Below are positions 49,462-64,000 of a stretch of 64,000 nt of DNA, piece after piece (within the stretch, counting starts at the first letter, position 1; the number at the start of each line of letters is the position of its first letter). Position numbers and translations under genes: made by a program. The stretch lies in the NCBI RefSeq assembly GCF_050920415.1, contig NZ_CP169309.1, one strand, 5' to 3'. The DNA comes from Escherichia coli (GTDB lineage Bacteria; Pseudomonadota; Gammaproteobacteria; Enterobacterales; Enterobacteriaceae). Under the pieces are notes generated by a model. That model ran no database searches. It was not told the DNA's origin and was given only the letters and a program-made list of their open reading frames with translations.

Positions 49462-50547
49462 ATGGCTGGAAACACAATTGGACAACTCTTTCGCGTAACC
49501 ACCTTCGGCGAATCGCACGGGCTGGCGCTCGGCTGCATCGTCGATGGTGTTCCGCCAGGTATTCCGCTGACGGAAGCGGACCTGCAACACGATCTCGACC
49601 GTCGTCGCCCTGGGACATCGCGCTATACCACTCAGCGTCGTGAGCCGGATCAGGTCAAAATTCTCTCCGGTGTTTTTGAAGGCGTTACTACCGGCACCAG
49701 CATTGGTTTACTGATTGAAAACACTGACCAGCGTTCTCAGGATTACAGCGCAATTAAAGACGTTTTCCGTCCAGGCCATGCCGATTACACCTACGAACAA
49801 AAATACGGTCTGCGCGATTACCGCGGCGGCGGTCGTTCTTCCGCTCGCGAAACCGCCATGCGCGTTGCAGCAGGGGCGATTGCCAAAAAATATCTCGCTG
49901 AGAAATTTGGTATAGAAATTCGCGGCTGCCTGACCCAAATGGGCGACATTCCGCTGGAAATCAAAGACTGGTCTCAGGTCGAGCAAAATCCATTCTTCTG
50001 CCCGGATCCGGACAAAATCGAAGCCTTAGATGAACTGATGCGCGCGCTGAAAAAAGAGGGTGACTCTATTGGCGCGAAAGTCACCGTTGTTGCCAGTGGC
50101 GTACCCGCCGGACTTGGCGAGCCGGTCTTTGATCGCCTGGATGCCGACATCGCCCACGCGCTGATGAGCATCAACGCGGTGAAAGGTGTGGAAATTGGTG
50201 ATGGTTTTGACGTGGTAGCGCTGCGTGGCAGCCAGAACCGTGACGAAATCACCAAAGACGGTTTCAAGAGCAACCATGCGGGCGGTATTCTCGGCGGCAT
50301 CAGCAGCGGGCAGCAAATCATTGCCCATATGGCGCTGAAACCGACCTCCAGCATTACTGTGCCTGGACGCACCATTAACCGCTTTGGCGAAGAAGTTGAG
50401 ATGATCACCAAAGGCCGTCACGATCCTTGTGTTGGGATCCGCGCGGTGCCGATCGCGGAAGCGATGCTGGCGATCGTTTTAATGGATCACCTGTTACGGC
50501 AACGGGCGCAAAATGCTGATGTGAAGACTGATATTCCACGCTGGTAA
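49462..50547 (+). CDS. aroC: Chorismate synthase AroC
   Basis: 361 aa [33 protein letters not shown].... Confidence 0.95.
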   Translation: MAGNTIGQLFRVTTFGESHGLALGCIVDGVPPGIPLTEADLQHDLDRRRPGTSRYTTQRREPDQVKILSGVFEGVTTGTSIGLLIENTDQRSQDYSAIKDVFRPGHADYTYEQKYGLRDYRGGGRSSARETAMRVAAGAIAKKYLAEKFGIEIRGCLTQMGDIPLEIKDWSQVEQNPFFCPDPDKIEALDELMRALKKEGDSIGAKVTVVASGVPAGLGEPVFDRLDADIAHALMSINAVKGVEIGDGFDVVALRGSQNRDEITKDGFKSNHAGGILGGISSGQQIIAHMALKPTSSITVPGRTINRFGEEVEMITKGRHDPCVGIRAVPIAEAMLAIVLMDHLLRQRAQNADVKTDIPRW

Positions 50548-50549
50548 AA

Positions 50550-51374
50550 ATGAACAAAACTGCGATTGCGCTGCTGGCCCTGCTTGCCAGCAGCGCCAGC
50601 CTGGCAGCGACGCCGTGGCAAAAAATAACCCAACCTGTGCCGGGTAGTGCACAATCGATAGGCAGTTTTTCAAATGGCTGTATCGTTGGTGCTGACACGC
50701 TGCCGATACAGTCCGAACATTATCAGGTCATGCGTACCGATCAGCGTCGCTATTTCGGGCACCCGGACCTGGTGATGTTTATCCAGCGTCTGAGTAGCCA
50801 GGTGAGCAATCTGGGTATGGGCACGGTGCTGATTGGCGATATGGGAATGCCTGCTGGTGGGCGTTTCAATGGCGGTCACGCCAGTCATCAGACCGGACTG
50901 GATGTGGACATCTTCCTGCAACTGCCGAAAAAACGCTGGACCTCCGCGCAACTCTTGCGCCCGCAAGCATTAGATTTGGTTTCCCGCGACGGTAAACACG
51001 TTGTCCCCGCGCTGTGGAAGCCCGAAATTTTCAGCTTGATTAAACTCGCCGCGCAGGACAAAGACGTCACGCGTATTTTTGTTAATCCGGCGATTAAACA
51101 ACAACTTTGCCTTGATGCGGGCACCGATCGCGACTGGTTGCGCAAAGTGCGACCCTGGTTCCAGCATCGCGCCCATATGCATGTACGATTACGTTGTCCT
51201 GCCGATAGTCTGGAGTGTGAAGATCAACCTTTACCGCCACCGGGCGATGGTTGCGGGGCAGAACTGCAAAGCTGGTTTGAACCTCCAAAACCGGGAACAA
51301 CAAAGCCTGAGAAGAAGACACCGCCTCCGTTGCCGCCTTCCTGCCAGGCGCTACTGGATGAGCACGTGATCTAA
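50550..51374 (+). CDS. mepA: Penicillin-insensitive murein DD-endopeptidase MepA
   Basis: 274 aa. Signal peptide [30 protein letters not shown] and HRAHMHVRL metal-binding motifs. Confidence 0.95.
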   Translation: MNKTAIALLALLASSASLAATPWQKITQPVPGSAQSIGSFSNGCIVGADTLPIQSEHYQVMRTDQRRYFGHPDLVMFIQRLSSQVSNLGMGTVLIGDMGMPAGGRFNGGHASHQTGLDVDIFLQLPKKRWTSAQLLRPQALDLVSRDGKHVVPALWKPEIFSLIKLAAQDKDVTRIFVNPAIKQQLCLDAGTDRDWLRKVRPWFQHRAHMHVRLRCPADSLECEDQPLPPPGDGCGAELQSWFEPPKPGTTKPEKKTPPPLPPSCQALLDEHVI

Positions 51375-52183
51375 TGGAAACGTTTAATAGCCTGTTTATG
51401 GTTTCCCCGCTATTACTGGGACTCCTCTTTTTTGTCGCCATACTGGCGGGATTTATCGACTCTATTGCCGGGGGCGGTGGGCTACTCACCATTCCGGCAT
51501 TAATGGCGGCGGGGATGTCTCCGGCTAACGCGCTGGCAACCAATAAACTGCAAGCCTGCGGTGGCTCTATTTCTGCCACTATCTACTTTATTCGCCGCAA
51601 AGTGGTTAGCTTAAGCGATCAGAAACTCAATATCGCCATGACCTTTATCGGCTCAATGAGCGGCGCTTTGCTGGTGCAGTACGTTCAGGCTGATGTCTTG
51701 CGGCAGATTTTGCCCATTCTGGTGATTTGTATTGGTCTTTATTTCTTACTGATGCCCAAACTGGGAGAAGAAGATCGCCAGCGTCGGATGTATGGACTGC
51801 CATTTGCGCTGGTGGCGGGGGGCTGCGTAGGTTTTTACGATGGATTCTTTGGCCCGGCTGCCGGATCGTTTTACGCGTTAGCCTTCGTTACGCTGTGCGG
51901 CTTTAACCTCGCCAAAGCCACGGCCCACGCCAAATTACTCAACGCAACGTCTAATATCGGCGGTTTGCTGCTGTTTATTCTCGGCGGCAAAGTGATTTGG
52001 GCGACAGGATTTGTGATGCTGGTGGGGCAGTTCCTCGGCGCGCGCATGGGGTCAAGACTGGTGTTGAGCAAAGGGCAAAAGCTGATTCGCCCGATGATTG
52101 TTATCGTCTCGGCGGTGATGAGTGCCAAATTACTTTATGATAGCCACGGACAGGAGATCCTCCACTGGTTGGGGATGAACTAA
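51374..52183 (+). CDS. yfcA: TauE/SafE-family inner membrane protein YfcA
   Basis: 269 aa, polytopic. The ATG overlaps the mepA stop. Confidence 0.9.
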   Translation: METFNSLFMVSPLLLGLLFFVAILAGFIDSIAGGGGLLTIPALMAAGMSPANALATNKLQACGGSISATIYFIRRKVVSLSDQKLNIAMTFIGSMSGALLVQYVQADVLRQILPILVICIGLYFLLMPKLGEEDRQRRMYGLPFALVAGGCVGFYDGFFGPAAGSFYALAFVTLCGFNLAKATAHAKLLNATSNIGGLLLFILGGKVIWATGFVMLVGQFLGARMGSRLVLSKGQKLIRPMIVIVSAVMSAKLLYDSHGQEILHWLGMN

Positions 52184-52731
52184 TGAATAGTACACACCAC
52201 TATGAGCAGTTGACTGAAATTTTTAATAGCTGCTTTGCCGATGAATTTAATACCCGTCTGATTAAAGGCGACGACGAACCGATCTATCTTCCTGCTGATG
52301 CGGAAGTACCGTATAACCGAATCGTCTTTGCTCACGGCTTTTATGCCAGCGCAATTCATGAGATTTCGCACTGGTGTATTGCCGGGAAAGCGCGCCGTGA
52401 GCTGGTTGATTTCGGCTACTGGTATTGTCCCGACGGACGCGATGCCCAAACGCAAGGCCAGTTTGAAGATGTTGAAGTGAAGCCGCAGGCGCTGGACTGG
52501 TTGTTCTGTGTGGCGGCGGGATATCCGTTTAATGTCAGTTGCGACAATCTGGAAGGGGATTTCGAACCGGACCGCGTGGTATTTCAACGGCGGGTACATG
52601 CACAGGTAATGGATTATCTGGCAAACGGTATTCCCGAGCGTCCGGCACGCTTCATTAAAGCACTACAAAATTATTATCACACGCCGGAACTTACGGCGGA
52701 ACAGTTCCCGTGGCCGGAAGCGCTCAACTGA
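52183..52731 (+). CDS. epmC: EF-P beta-lysyl-lysine hydroxylase EpmC (YfcM)
   Basis: 182 aa MNSTHHYEQLTEIFNSCFADEFNTRLIKGDDEPIYLPA.... Confidence 0.85.
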   Translation: MNSTHHYEQLTEIFNSCFADEFNTRLIKGDDEPIYLPADAEVPYNRIVFAHGFYASAIHEISHWCIAGKARRELVDFGYWYCPDGRDAQTQGQFEDVEVKPQALDWLFCVAAGYPFNVSCDNLEGDFEPDRVVFQRRVHAQVMDYLANGIPERPARFIKALQNYYHTPELTAEQFPWPEALN

Positions 52732-52764
52732 AGCCTGCGCCACGTTTTACAATGAGGAAAGAAG

Positions 52765-53043
52765 ATGATCGCGGAGTTTGAATCACGCATTCTGGCATTA
52801 ATCGACGGTATGGTTGACCATGCCAGTGATGATGAGTTGTTTGCCAGTGGGTATTTGCGTGGCCACCTGACATTAGCCATCGCAGAACTGGAAAGTGGTG
52901 ATGACCACTCCGCCCAGGCGGTACATAAGACCGTTAGCCAGAGTCTGGAAAAAGCCATTGGTGCCGGTGAGTTGTCGCCGCGAGACCAGGCGCTGGTGAC
53001 CGATATGTGGGAAAACCTGTTTCAACAGGCTTCACAGCAGTAA
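52765..53043 (+). CDS. yfcL: YfcL
   Basis: 92 aa [38 protein letters not shown].... Confidence 0.8.
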   Translation: MIAEFESRILALIDGMVDHASDDELFASGYLRGHLTLAIAELESGDDHSAQAVHKTVSQSLEKAIGAGELSPRDQALVTDMWENLFQQASQQ

Positions 53044-53063
53044 GTTGTTGGCGTCTGGAGCGT

Positions 53064-53244
<181 letters not shown>

Positions 53245-53258
53245 GCTGCCAAAGCAGA

Positions 53259-55331
<2,073 letters not shown>

Positions 55332-55423
55332 CTATTAATTGGCTGATCGGACTTGTTCGGCGTACAAGTGTACGCTATTGTGCATTCGAAACTTACTCTA
55401 TGTGCGACTTACAGAGGTATTGA

Positions 55424-56644
55424 ATGAAACGTGCAGTGATTACTGGCCTGGGCATTGTTTCCAGCATCGGTAATAACCAGCAGGAAGTCCTGGCATCTCT
55501 GCGTGAAGGACGTTCAGGGATCACTTTCTCTCAGGAGCTGAAGGATTCCGGCATGCGTAGCCACGTCTGGGGCAACGTAAAACTGGATACCACTGGCCTC
55601 ATTGACCGCAAAGTTGTGCGCTTTATGAGCGACGCATCCATTTATGCATTCCTTTCTATGGAGCAGGCAATTGCAGATGCTGGCCTCTCCCCGGAAGCTT
55701 ATCAGAATAACCCGCGCGTTGGCCTGATTGCAGGTTCTGGCGGCGGTTCCCCTCGTTTCCAGGTGTTCGGCGCTGACGCTATGCGTAGCCCGCGCGGCCT
55801 GAAAGCGGTTGGCCCGTATGTGGTCACCAAAGCGATGGCATCTGGCGTTTCTGCCTGCCTCGCCACGCCGTTTAAAATTCACGGCGTTAACTACTCCATC
55901 AGCTCCGCGTGTGCGACTTCCGCACACTGTATCGGTAACGCAGTAGAGCAGATCCAACTGGGCAAACAGGACATCGTGTTTGCTGGCGGCGGCGAAGAGC
56001 TGTGCTGGGAAATGGCTTGCGAATTCGACGCGATGGGCGCGCTGTCTACTAAATACAACGACACCCCAGAAAAAGCCTCCCGTACTTACGACGCTCACCG
56101 CGACGGTTTCGTTATCGCTGGCGGCGGCGGTATGGTGGTGGTTGAAGAGCTGGAACACGCGCTGGCGCGTGGGGCTCACATCTATGCTGAAATCGTTGGT
56201 TACGGCGCAACGTCTGATGGTGCAGACATGGTTGCTCCGTCTGGCGAAGGCGCAGTTCGCTGCATGCAGATGGCGATGCACGGTGTTGATACGCCAATCG
56301 ACTACCTGAACTCTCACGGTACTTCAACTCCGGTTGGCGACGTGAAAGAGCTGGCGGCTATCCGTGAAGTATTCGGTGATAAGAGCCCGGCGATTTCTGC
56401 AACCAAAGCAATGACCGGTCACTCTCTGGGCGCTGCGGGTGTGCAGGAAGCTATCTACTCTCTGCTGATGCTGGAACACGGCTTTATCGCACCGAGCATC
56501 AACATTGAAGAGCTGGACGAGCAGGCTGCGGGTCTGAACATTGTGACCGAAACGACCGATCGCGAACTGACTACCGTTATGTCTAACAGCTTCGGCTTCG
56601 GTGGCACCAACGCCACGCTGGTAATGCGTAAGCTGAAAGATTAA
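55424..56644 (+). CDS. fabB: 3-oxoacyl-ACP synthase I FabB
   Basis: 406 aa [36 protein letters not shown].... Active-site [12 protein letters not shown]. Confidence 0.97.
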   Translation: MKRAVITGLGIVSSIGNNQQEVLASLREGRSGITFSQELKDSGMRSHVWGNVKLDTTGLIDRKVVRFMSDASIYAFLSMEQAIADAGLSPEAYQNNPRVGLIAGSGGGSPRFQVFGADAMRSPRGLKAVGPYVVTKAMASGVSACLATPFKIHGVNYSISSACATSAHCIGNAVEQIQLGKQDIVFAGGGEELCWEMACEFDAMGALSTKYNDTPEKASRTYDAHRDGFVIAGGGGMVVVEELEHALARGAHIYAEIVGYGATSDGADMVAPSGEGAVRCMQMAMHGVDTPIDYLNSHGTSTPVGDVKELAAIREVFGDKSPAISATKAMTGHSLGAAGVQEAIYSLLMLEHGFIAPSINIEELDEQAAGLNIVTETTDRELTTVMSNSFGFGGTNATLVMRKLKD

Positions 56645-56649
56645 TTCGG

Positions 56650-56748
56650 AGTAGGTCGGATAAGACGCGCCAGCGTCGCATCCGACGATACGCGCCAATG
56701 CGGCATTCGACACTAACGCAAAAGGGAACCCGATGGTTCCCTTTTTCA
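56650..56748. repeat. REP element(s) followed by a hairpin terminator downstream of fabB
   Basis: GTAGGTCGGATAAGACGCGCCAGCGTCGCATCCGAC REP, then AAAGGGAACC / cgat / GGTTCCCTTT followed by TTC. Confidence 0.6.
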
Positions 56749-56907
56749 CATCATTGACAATCGCCGCCTGTTCCAGGCAAACTTCCCGCTTTGTCGATTT
56801 CCTTCTGAAAAGACGTACGCGTTAAATCCTGCCAACGCGTACCGTAACCCTGAAACCAGAGAGATGAGACGGGGAAATTCCTCGCCTCGCGCTGCATTCT
56901 GGAGTAA

Positions 56908-59081
<2,174 letters not shown>

Positions 59082-59179
59082 TACGTATCCTTATACCTGA
59101 AATCATCGCAAGTATGCCTGGCCGCGAGATTATGGCACACTTGTCCGGTTAACTCTCGTCTCATACAGGTAACACAAAC

Positions 59180-60316
59180 GTGAAAATCCTTGTTGATGAA
59201 AATATGCCTTATGCCCGCGACTTATTTAGCCGTTTGGGTGAGGTGACTGCGGTTCCGGGGCGTCCAATCCCAGTAGCTCAACTGGCAGATGCGGATGCGC
59301 TGATGGTGCGTTCGGTCACGAAAGTGAATGAATCTTTGCTGGCAGGAAAACCCATTAAATTTGTTGGCACAGCCACAGCGGGAACCGACCATGTCGATGA
59401 AGCATGGTTAAAGCAGGCGGGAATTGGTTTTTCCGCAGCACCTGGCTGTAATGCGATTGCGGTGGTGGAATATGTTTTCTCCTCACTGCTGATGCTTGCT
59501 GAACGCGATGGATTTTCACTGCATGAGCGTACCGTGGGGATCGTGGGCGTTGGTAACGTTGGTCGGCGTTTACAGGCGCGACTGGAAGCGCTGGGGATCA
59601 AAACCTTGCTTTGCGATCCGCCGCGTGCCGATCGTGGGGATGAGGGCGATTTCCGTTCGTTGGATGAATTAGTCCAGCATGCGGATATCCTGACATTCCA
59701 TACGCCACTCTTTAAAGACGGACCTTACAAAACGCTGCATCTAGCGGACGAAAAACTGATTCGTAACCTGAAGCCGGGAGCGATCTTGATTAACGCCTGC
59801 CGTGGCGCAGTCGTTGATAATACTGCCCTGTTGACCTGTCTGAATGAAGGTCAGAAGTTAAGCGTAGTGCTGGATGTCTGGGAAGGCGAACCGGAACTCA
59901 ACGTGGAATTGCTGAAAAAAGTGGATATCGGCACGCCGCATATTGCGGGTTACACCCTCGAAGGTAAAGCCCGTGGCACTACGCAAGTATTTGAAGCGTA
60001 TAGCAAGTTTATTGGGCGTGAGCAACACGTTGCGCTTGATACGTTGCTACCCGCGCCAGAGTTTGGCCGTATTACACTGCATGGTCCGCTCGATCAACCG
60101 ACACTGAAAAGGCTGGTGCATTTGGTGTATGATGTGCGCCGCGATGACGCACCGCTGCGTAAAGTCGCCGGGATACCGGGTGAGTTCGATAAACTGCGCA
60201 AAAACTATCTTGAGCGCCGTGAATGGTCATCTCTGTATGTGATTTGTGATGACGCCAGTGCGGCATCATTGCTGTGTAAACTGGGTTTTAACGCCGTTCA
60301 TCATCCGGCACGTTAA
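59180..60316 (+). CDS. pdxB: Erythronate-4-phosphate dehydrogenase PdxB
   Basis: 378 aa with a GTG start: (M)[21 protein letters not shown].... NAD motif [12 protein letters not shown]. Confidence 0.95.
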   Translation: MKILVDENMPYARDLFSRLGEVTAVPGRPIPVAQLADADALMVRSVTKVNESLLAGKPIKFVGTATAGTDHVDEAWLKQAGIGFSAAPGCNAIAVVEYVFSSLLMLAERDGFSLHERTVGIVGVGNVGRRLQARLEALGIKTLLCDPPRADRGDEGDFRSLDELVQHADILTFHTPLFKDGPYKTLHLADEKLIRNLKPGAILINACRGAVVDNTALLTCLNEGQKLSVVLDVWEGEPELNVELLKKVDIGTPHIAGYTLEGKARGTTQVFEAYSKFIGREQHVALDTLLPAPEFGRITLHGPLDQPTLKRLVHLVYDVRRDDAPLRKVAGIPGEFDKLRKNYLERREWSSLYVICDDASAASLLCKLGFNAVHHPAR

Positions 60317-60381
60317 TCTCTTCTTCATGCTCTCTGCTGTAACATTGGCAGAGAGCTTTGCTATTTCTGGAGTAAACCACC

Positions 60382-61395
60382 ATGTCTGAAGGCTGGAACA
60401 TTGCCGTCCTGGGCGCAACTGGCGCTGTGGGCGAAGCCCTGCTTGAAACGCTGGCTGAACGTCAGTTCCCGGTTGGGGAAATTTATGCACTGGCACGTAA
60501 CGAAAGCGCAGGCGAACAACTGCGCTTTGGTGGTAAGACAATCACCGTGCAGGATGCCGCTGAATTCGACTGGACGCAGGCGCAACTGGCGTTTTTTGTC
60601 GCAGGCAAAGAAGCTACCGCTGCCTGGGTTGAAGAAGCGACCAACTCAGGTTGCCTGGTGATCGACAGCAGCGGATTGTTTGCTCTCGAACCTGACGTAC
60701 CGCTGGTGGTGCCGGAAGTTAACCCGTTTGTACTGACCGATTACCGCAACCGAAATGTCATCGCCGTACCGGACAGCCTGACCAGCCAGCTGTTGGCAGC
60801 ACTGAAACCGTTAATCGATCAGGGCGGTTTGTCACGTATCAGCGTCACCAGCCTGATTTCTGCCTCCGCCCAGGGTAAAAAAGCGGTCGATGCGTTAGCA
60901 GGACAGAGCGCGAAACTGTTGAACGGTATTCCGATTGATGAAGAGGATTTCTTCGGTCGTCAGCTGGCGTTCAACATGCTGCCGTTACTGCCGGATAGCG
61001 AAGGTAGCGTGCGTGAAGAACGTCGTATCGTTGACGAAGTACGCAAAATTCTGCAAGACGAAGGGCTGATGATTTCGGCAAGTGTTGTTCAGGCACCGGT
61101 ATTTTACGGTCATGCCCAGATGGTCAACTTTGAAGCTCTGCGTCCGCTGGCGGCAGAAGAAGCGCGTGATGCGTTTGCCCAGGGCGAAGATATTGTGCTC
61201 TCTGAAGAGAACGAATTCCCGACGCAGGTGGGGGATGCTTCTGGTACGCCGCATCTTTCCGTTGGCTGTGTACGCAATGACTACGGTATGCCGGAGCAAG
61301 TCCAGTTCTGGTCAGTGGCCGATAACGTTCGCTTTGGCGGCGCGCTGATGGCAGTAAAAATCGCCGAGAAACTGGTGCAGGAGTATCTGTACTAA
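60382..61395 (+). CDS. usg: Aspartate-semialdehyde-dehydrogenase-like protein Usg
   Basis: 337 aa [39 protein letters not shown].... Confidence 0.9.
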   Translation: MSEGWNIAVLGATGAVGEALLETLAERQFPVGEIYALARNESAGEQLRFGGKTITVQDAAEFDWTQAQLAFFVAGKEATAAWVEEATNSGCLVIDSSGLFALEPDVPLVVPEVNPFVLTDYRNRNVIAVPDSLTSQLLAALKPLIDQGGLSRISVTSLISASAQGKKAVDALAGQSAKLLNGIPIDEEDFFGRQLAFNMLPLLPDSEGSVREERRIVDEVRKILQDEGLMISASVVQAPVFYGHAQMVNFEALRPLAAEEARDAFAQGEDIVLSEENEFPTQVGDASGTPHLSVGCVRNDYGMPEQVQFWSVADNVRFGGALMAVKIAEKLVQEYLY

Positions 61396-62207
61396 TGTCC
61401 GACCAGCAACAACCGCCAGTTTACAAAATTGCGCTGGGCATTGAGTACGACGGCAGTAAGTATTACGGCTGGCAACGGCAGAACGAAGTACGCAGTGTGC
61501 AGGAGAAACTGGAAAAGGCACTCTCTCAGGTGGCGAACGAACCGATCACCGTCTTTTGTGCCGGGCGTACCGACGCAGGCGTACACGGTACAGGGCAGGT
61601 TGTGCATTTCGAAACTACCGCACAGCGTAAAGACGCTGCGTGGACGTTGGGCGTAAATGCGAATTTACCTGGTGACATCGCCGTGCGTTGGGTTAAAGCT
61701 GTACCTGATGATTTTCATGCCCGATTTAGCGCCACGGCTCGCCGTTATCGCTACATCATCTACAATCATCGGCTGCGTCCGGCAGTGCTGAGTAAAGGGG
61801 TAACCCATTTTTACGAACCGCTGGACGCTGAACGGATGCATCGGGCCGCGCAATGCCTGCTGGGCGAGAATGATTTCACCTCGTTCCGTGCGGTGCAGTG
61901 CCAGTCCCGAACCCCGTGGCGCAACGTTATGCATATTAATGTCACGCGTCACGGTCCTTATGTGGTGGTAGATATCAAAGCAAATGCCTTTGTACATCAT
62001 ATGGTCAGGAATATTGTAGGCAGCCTGATGGAAGTCGGTGCCCACAACCAGCCGGAGAGCTGGATAGCAGAACTGCTGGCGGCAAAGGACAGAACGCTGG
62101 CGGCAGCAACGGCAAAAGCGGAAGGACTGTATCTGGTCGCGGTGGATTACCCTGACCGGTTTGATCTTCCAAAACCGCCAATGGGCCCGCTATTTCTGGC
62201 GGACTAA
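61395..62207 (+). CDS. truA: tRNA pseudouridine(38-40) synthase TruA
   Basis: 270 aa. [19 protein letters not shown]...[18 protein letters not shown] with the catalytic Asp motif. Confidence 0.95.
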   Translation: MSDQQQPPVYKIALGIEYDGSKYYGWQRQNEVRSVQEKLEKALSQVANEPITVFCAGRTDAGVHGTGQVVHFETTAQRKDAAWTLGVNANLPGDIAVRWVKAVPDDFHARFSATARRYRYIIYNHRLRPAVLSKGVTHFYEPLDAERMHRAAQCLLGENDFTSFRAVQCQSRTPWRNVMHINVTRHGPYVVVDIKANAFVHHMVRNIVGSLMEVGAHNQPESWIAELLAAKDRTLAAATAKAEGLYLVAVDYPDRFDLPKPPMGPLFLAD

Positions 62208-62227
62208 CGAGAATAATGCTCGGAACA

Positions 62228-62262
62228 TTTCAGGCTGTAGCCAACGTAGTTACAGCCTGAAA
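62228..62262 (+). other. 12-bp perfect hairpin between truA and dedA
   Basis: TTTCAGGCTGTA / 11-nt loop / TACAGCCTGAAA. No U-run, so its function is unclear. Confidence 0.4.
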
Positions 62263-62289
62263 GATGACGAGTACAAGGCATAGGCTAAT

Positions 62290-62949
62290 ATGGACCTGAT
62301 TTATTTCCTCATCGATTTTATCCTGCACATTGACGTGCATCTGGCAGAACTGGTCGCAGAGTATGGCGTCTGGGTTTATGCCATCCTGTTTTTGATTTTG
62401 TTCTGTGAAACCGGTCTGGTGGTAACGCCGTTCTTACCGGGAGATTCGCTGCTGTTTGTTGCAGGGGCACTGGCCTCGCTTGAAACCAACGATCTCAATG
62501 TTCATATGATGGTGGTACTGATGTTAATTGCCGCGATTGTTGGTGATGCGGTCAACTACACCATAGGACGGTTGTTCGGTGAGAAATTATTCAGTAATCC
62601 GAACTCGAAAATTTTTCGTCGTAGCTATCTCGACAAAACTCATCAGTTTTATGAAAAACACGGCGGCAAAACCATTATTCTCGCCCGTTTTGTGCCAATC
62701 GTCAGAACGTTTGCCCCCTTTGTCGCAGGGATGGGCCACATGTCGTACCGTCATTTCGCTGCCTATAACGTGATCGGCGCACTGTTGTGGGTACTGCTTT
62801 TTACCTACGCAGGCTATTTCTTCGGTACAATTCCGATGGTTCAGGATAACCTTAAGCTGCTGATCGTCGGGATTATTGTGGTTTCCATTTTGCCGGGCGT
62901 CATCGAAATTATCCGTCACAAACGCGCTGCGGCACGCGCCGCAAAATAA
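62290..62949 (+). CDS. dedA: DedA-family inner membrane protein
   Basis: 219 aa [56 protein letters not shown].... Confidence 0.95.
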   Translation: MDLIYFLIDFILHIDVHLAELVAEYGVWVYAILFLILFCETGLVVTPFLPGDSLLFVAGALASLETNDLNVHMMVVLMLIAAIVGDAVNYTIGRLFGEKLFSNPNSKIFRRSYLDKTHQFYEKHGGKTIILARFVPIVRTFAPFVAGMGHMSYRHFAAYNVIGALLWVLLFTYAGYFFGTIPMVQDNLKLLIVGIIVVSILPGVIEIIRHKRAAARAAK

Positions 62950-63104
62950 AAAGTAACTCCGCGGTTCGACCACTTTTTTATCCAAAGTTTCGGGCTGTTA
63001 TGTTTTAATGTGCAACATTCATGGTCTGTTGGGGACAAAAATGGCATTATGCGTCCCCAAAGATAAAACTGGCATCGAACCAGGTTCAGACAGAAAGGTC
63101 CCTA

Positions 63105-64000
63105 ATGAGCTGGATTGAACGAATTAAAAGCAACATTACTCCCACCCGCAAGGCGAGCATTCCTGAAGGGGTGTGGACTAAGTGTGATAGCTGCGGTCAG
63201 GTTTTATACCGCGCTGAGCTGGAACGTAATCTTGAGGTCTGTCCGAAGTGTGACCATCACATGCGTATGACAGCGCGTAATCGCCTGCATAGCCTGTTAG
63301 ATGAAGGAAGCCTTGTGGAGCTGGGTAGCGAGCTTGAGCCGAAAGATGTGCTGAAGTTTCGTGACTCCAAGAAGTATAAAGACCGTCTGGCATCTGCGCA
63401 GAAAGAAACCGGCGAAAAAGATGCGCTGGTGGTGATGAAAGGCACCCTGTATGGAATGCCGGTTGTCGCTGCGGCATTCGAGTTCGCCTTTATGGGCGGT
63501 TCCATGGGGTCTGTGGTAGGTGCACGTTTCGTACGTGCCGTTGAGCAGGCGCTGGAAGATAACTGCCCGCTGATCTGCTTCTCCGCGTCTGGTGGCGCAC
63601 GTATGCAGGAAGCACTGATGTCGCTGATGCAGATGGCGAAAACCTCTGCGGCACTGGCAAAAATGCAGGAGCGCGGCTTGCCGTACATCTCCGTGCTGAC
63701 CGACCCGACCATGGGCGGTGTTTCTGCAAGTTTCGCCATGCTGGGCGATCTCAATATTGCTGAACCGAAAGCGTTAATCGGCTTTGCCGGTCCGCGTGTT
63801 ATCGAACAGACCGTTCGCGAAAAACTGCCGCCAGGATTCCAGCGCAGTGAATTCCTGATCGAGAAAGGCGCCATCGACATGATCGTCCGTCGTCCGGAAA
63901 TGCGCCTGAAACTGGCGAGCATTCTGGCGAAGTTGATGAATCTGCCAGCGCCGAATCCTGAAGCGCCGCGTGAAGGCGTAGTGGTGCCACCGGTACCGGA
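63105..64000 (+). CDS. accD: Acetyl-CoA carboxylase carboxyltransferase beta subunit AccD, 3'-truncated by the window edge
   Basis: [54 protein letters not shown]... with its zinc ribbon. The frame is open to nt 64000, so it is absent from the ORF track, which lists only the antisense ORF 63257-63922. Confidence 0.95.

Overview
This window is an Escherichia coli (or Shigella) chromosome segment, inverted relative to K-12 numbering. Positions 1 to about 30525 are the right-hand 30.5 kb of a mosaic P22-like prophage inserted at tRNA-Arg argW. The left end of the prophage lies outside the window. From 30.6 to 64 kb the sequence is ordinary core genome: yfdC, mlaA, yfdF, fadL, yfcZ, fadIJ, sixA, the yfcV-to-yfcO chaperone-usher fimbrial operon, smrB, prmB, aroC, mepA, yfcA, epmC, yfcL, mnmC, fabB, yfcJ, flk, pdxB, usg, truA, dedA and a 3'-truncated accD.

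The prophage joins four kinds of module. It has a T7-gp4-like primase-helicase. Its nin region, Q, pR-prime, S and R look lambda-type from memory. It has P22-type Rz/Rz1, the P22 pac site, a P22-type virion module, a knobbed tail needle and an immI region. It ends with an argW-type integrase.

The prophage carries four apparent lesions: a 1-nt frameshift in rusA, a 1-nt frameshift in the tailspike, an in-frame TGA in a ClpX-type zinc-ribbon ORF, and an IS2 with a 5-bp GTGAG duplication inside the antirepressor gene.

I recognise no known defence-system signature. The best candidates for something undescribed are:
- a head-to-head pair, a single-pass membrane protein and a minimal HExxH..E zincin, in the slot where P22 carries sieA (22750-23476);
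- the remodelled immI switch (three RHH proteins, a 31-bp near-palindrome, a possible sar-like antisense RNA);
- a small moron island bracketed by a duplicated hairpin-GATAATG motif (7608-8449);
- a VNTR-containing (Glu-Pro)7 ORF between the coat gene and gp4.

All homology statements are from reading the translations and from memory. No searches were run.
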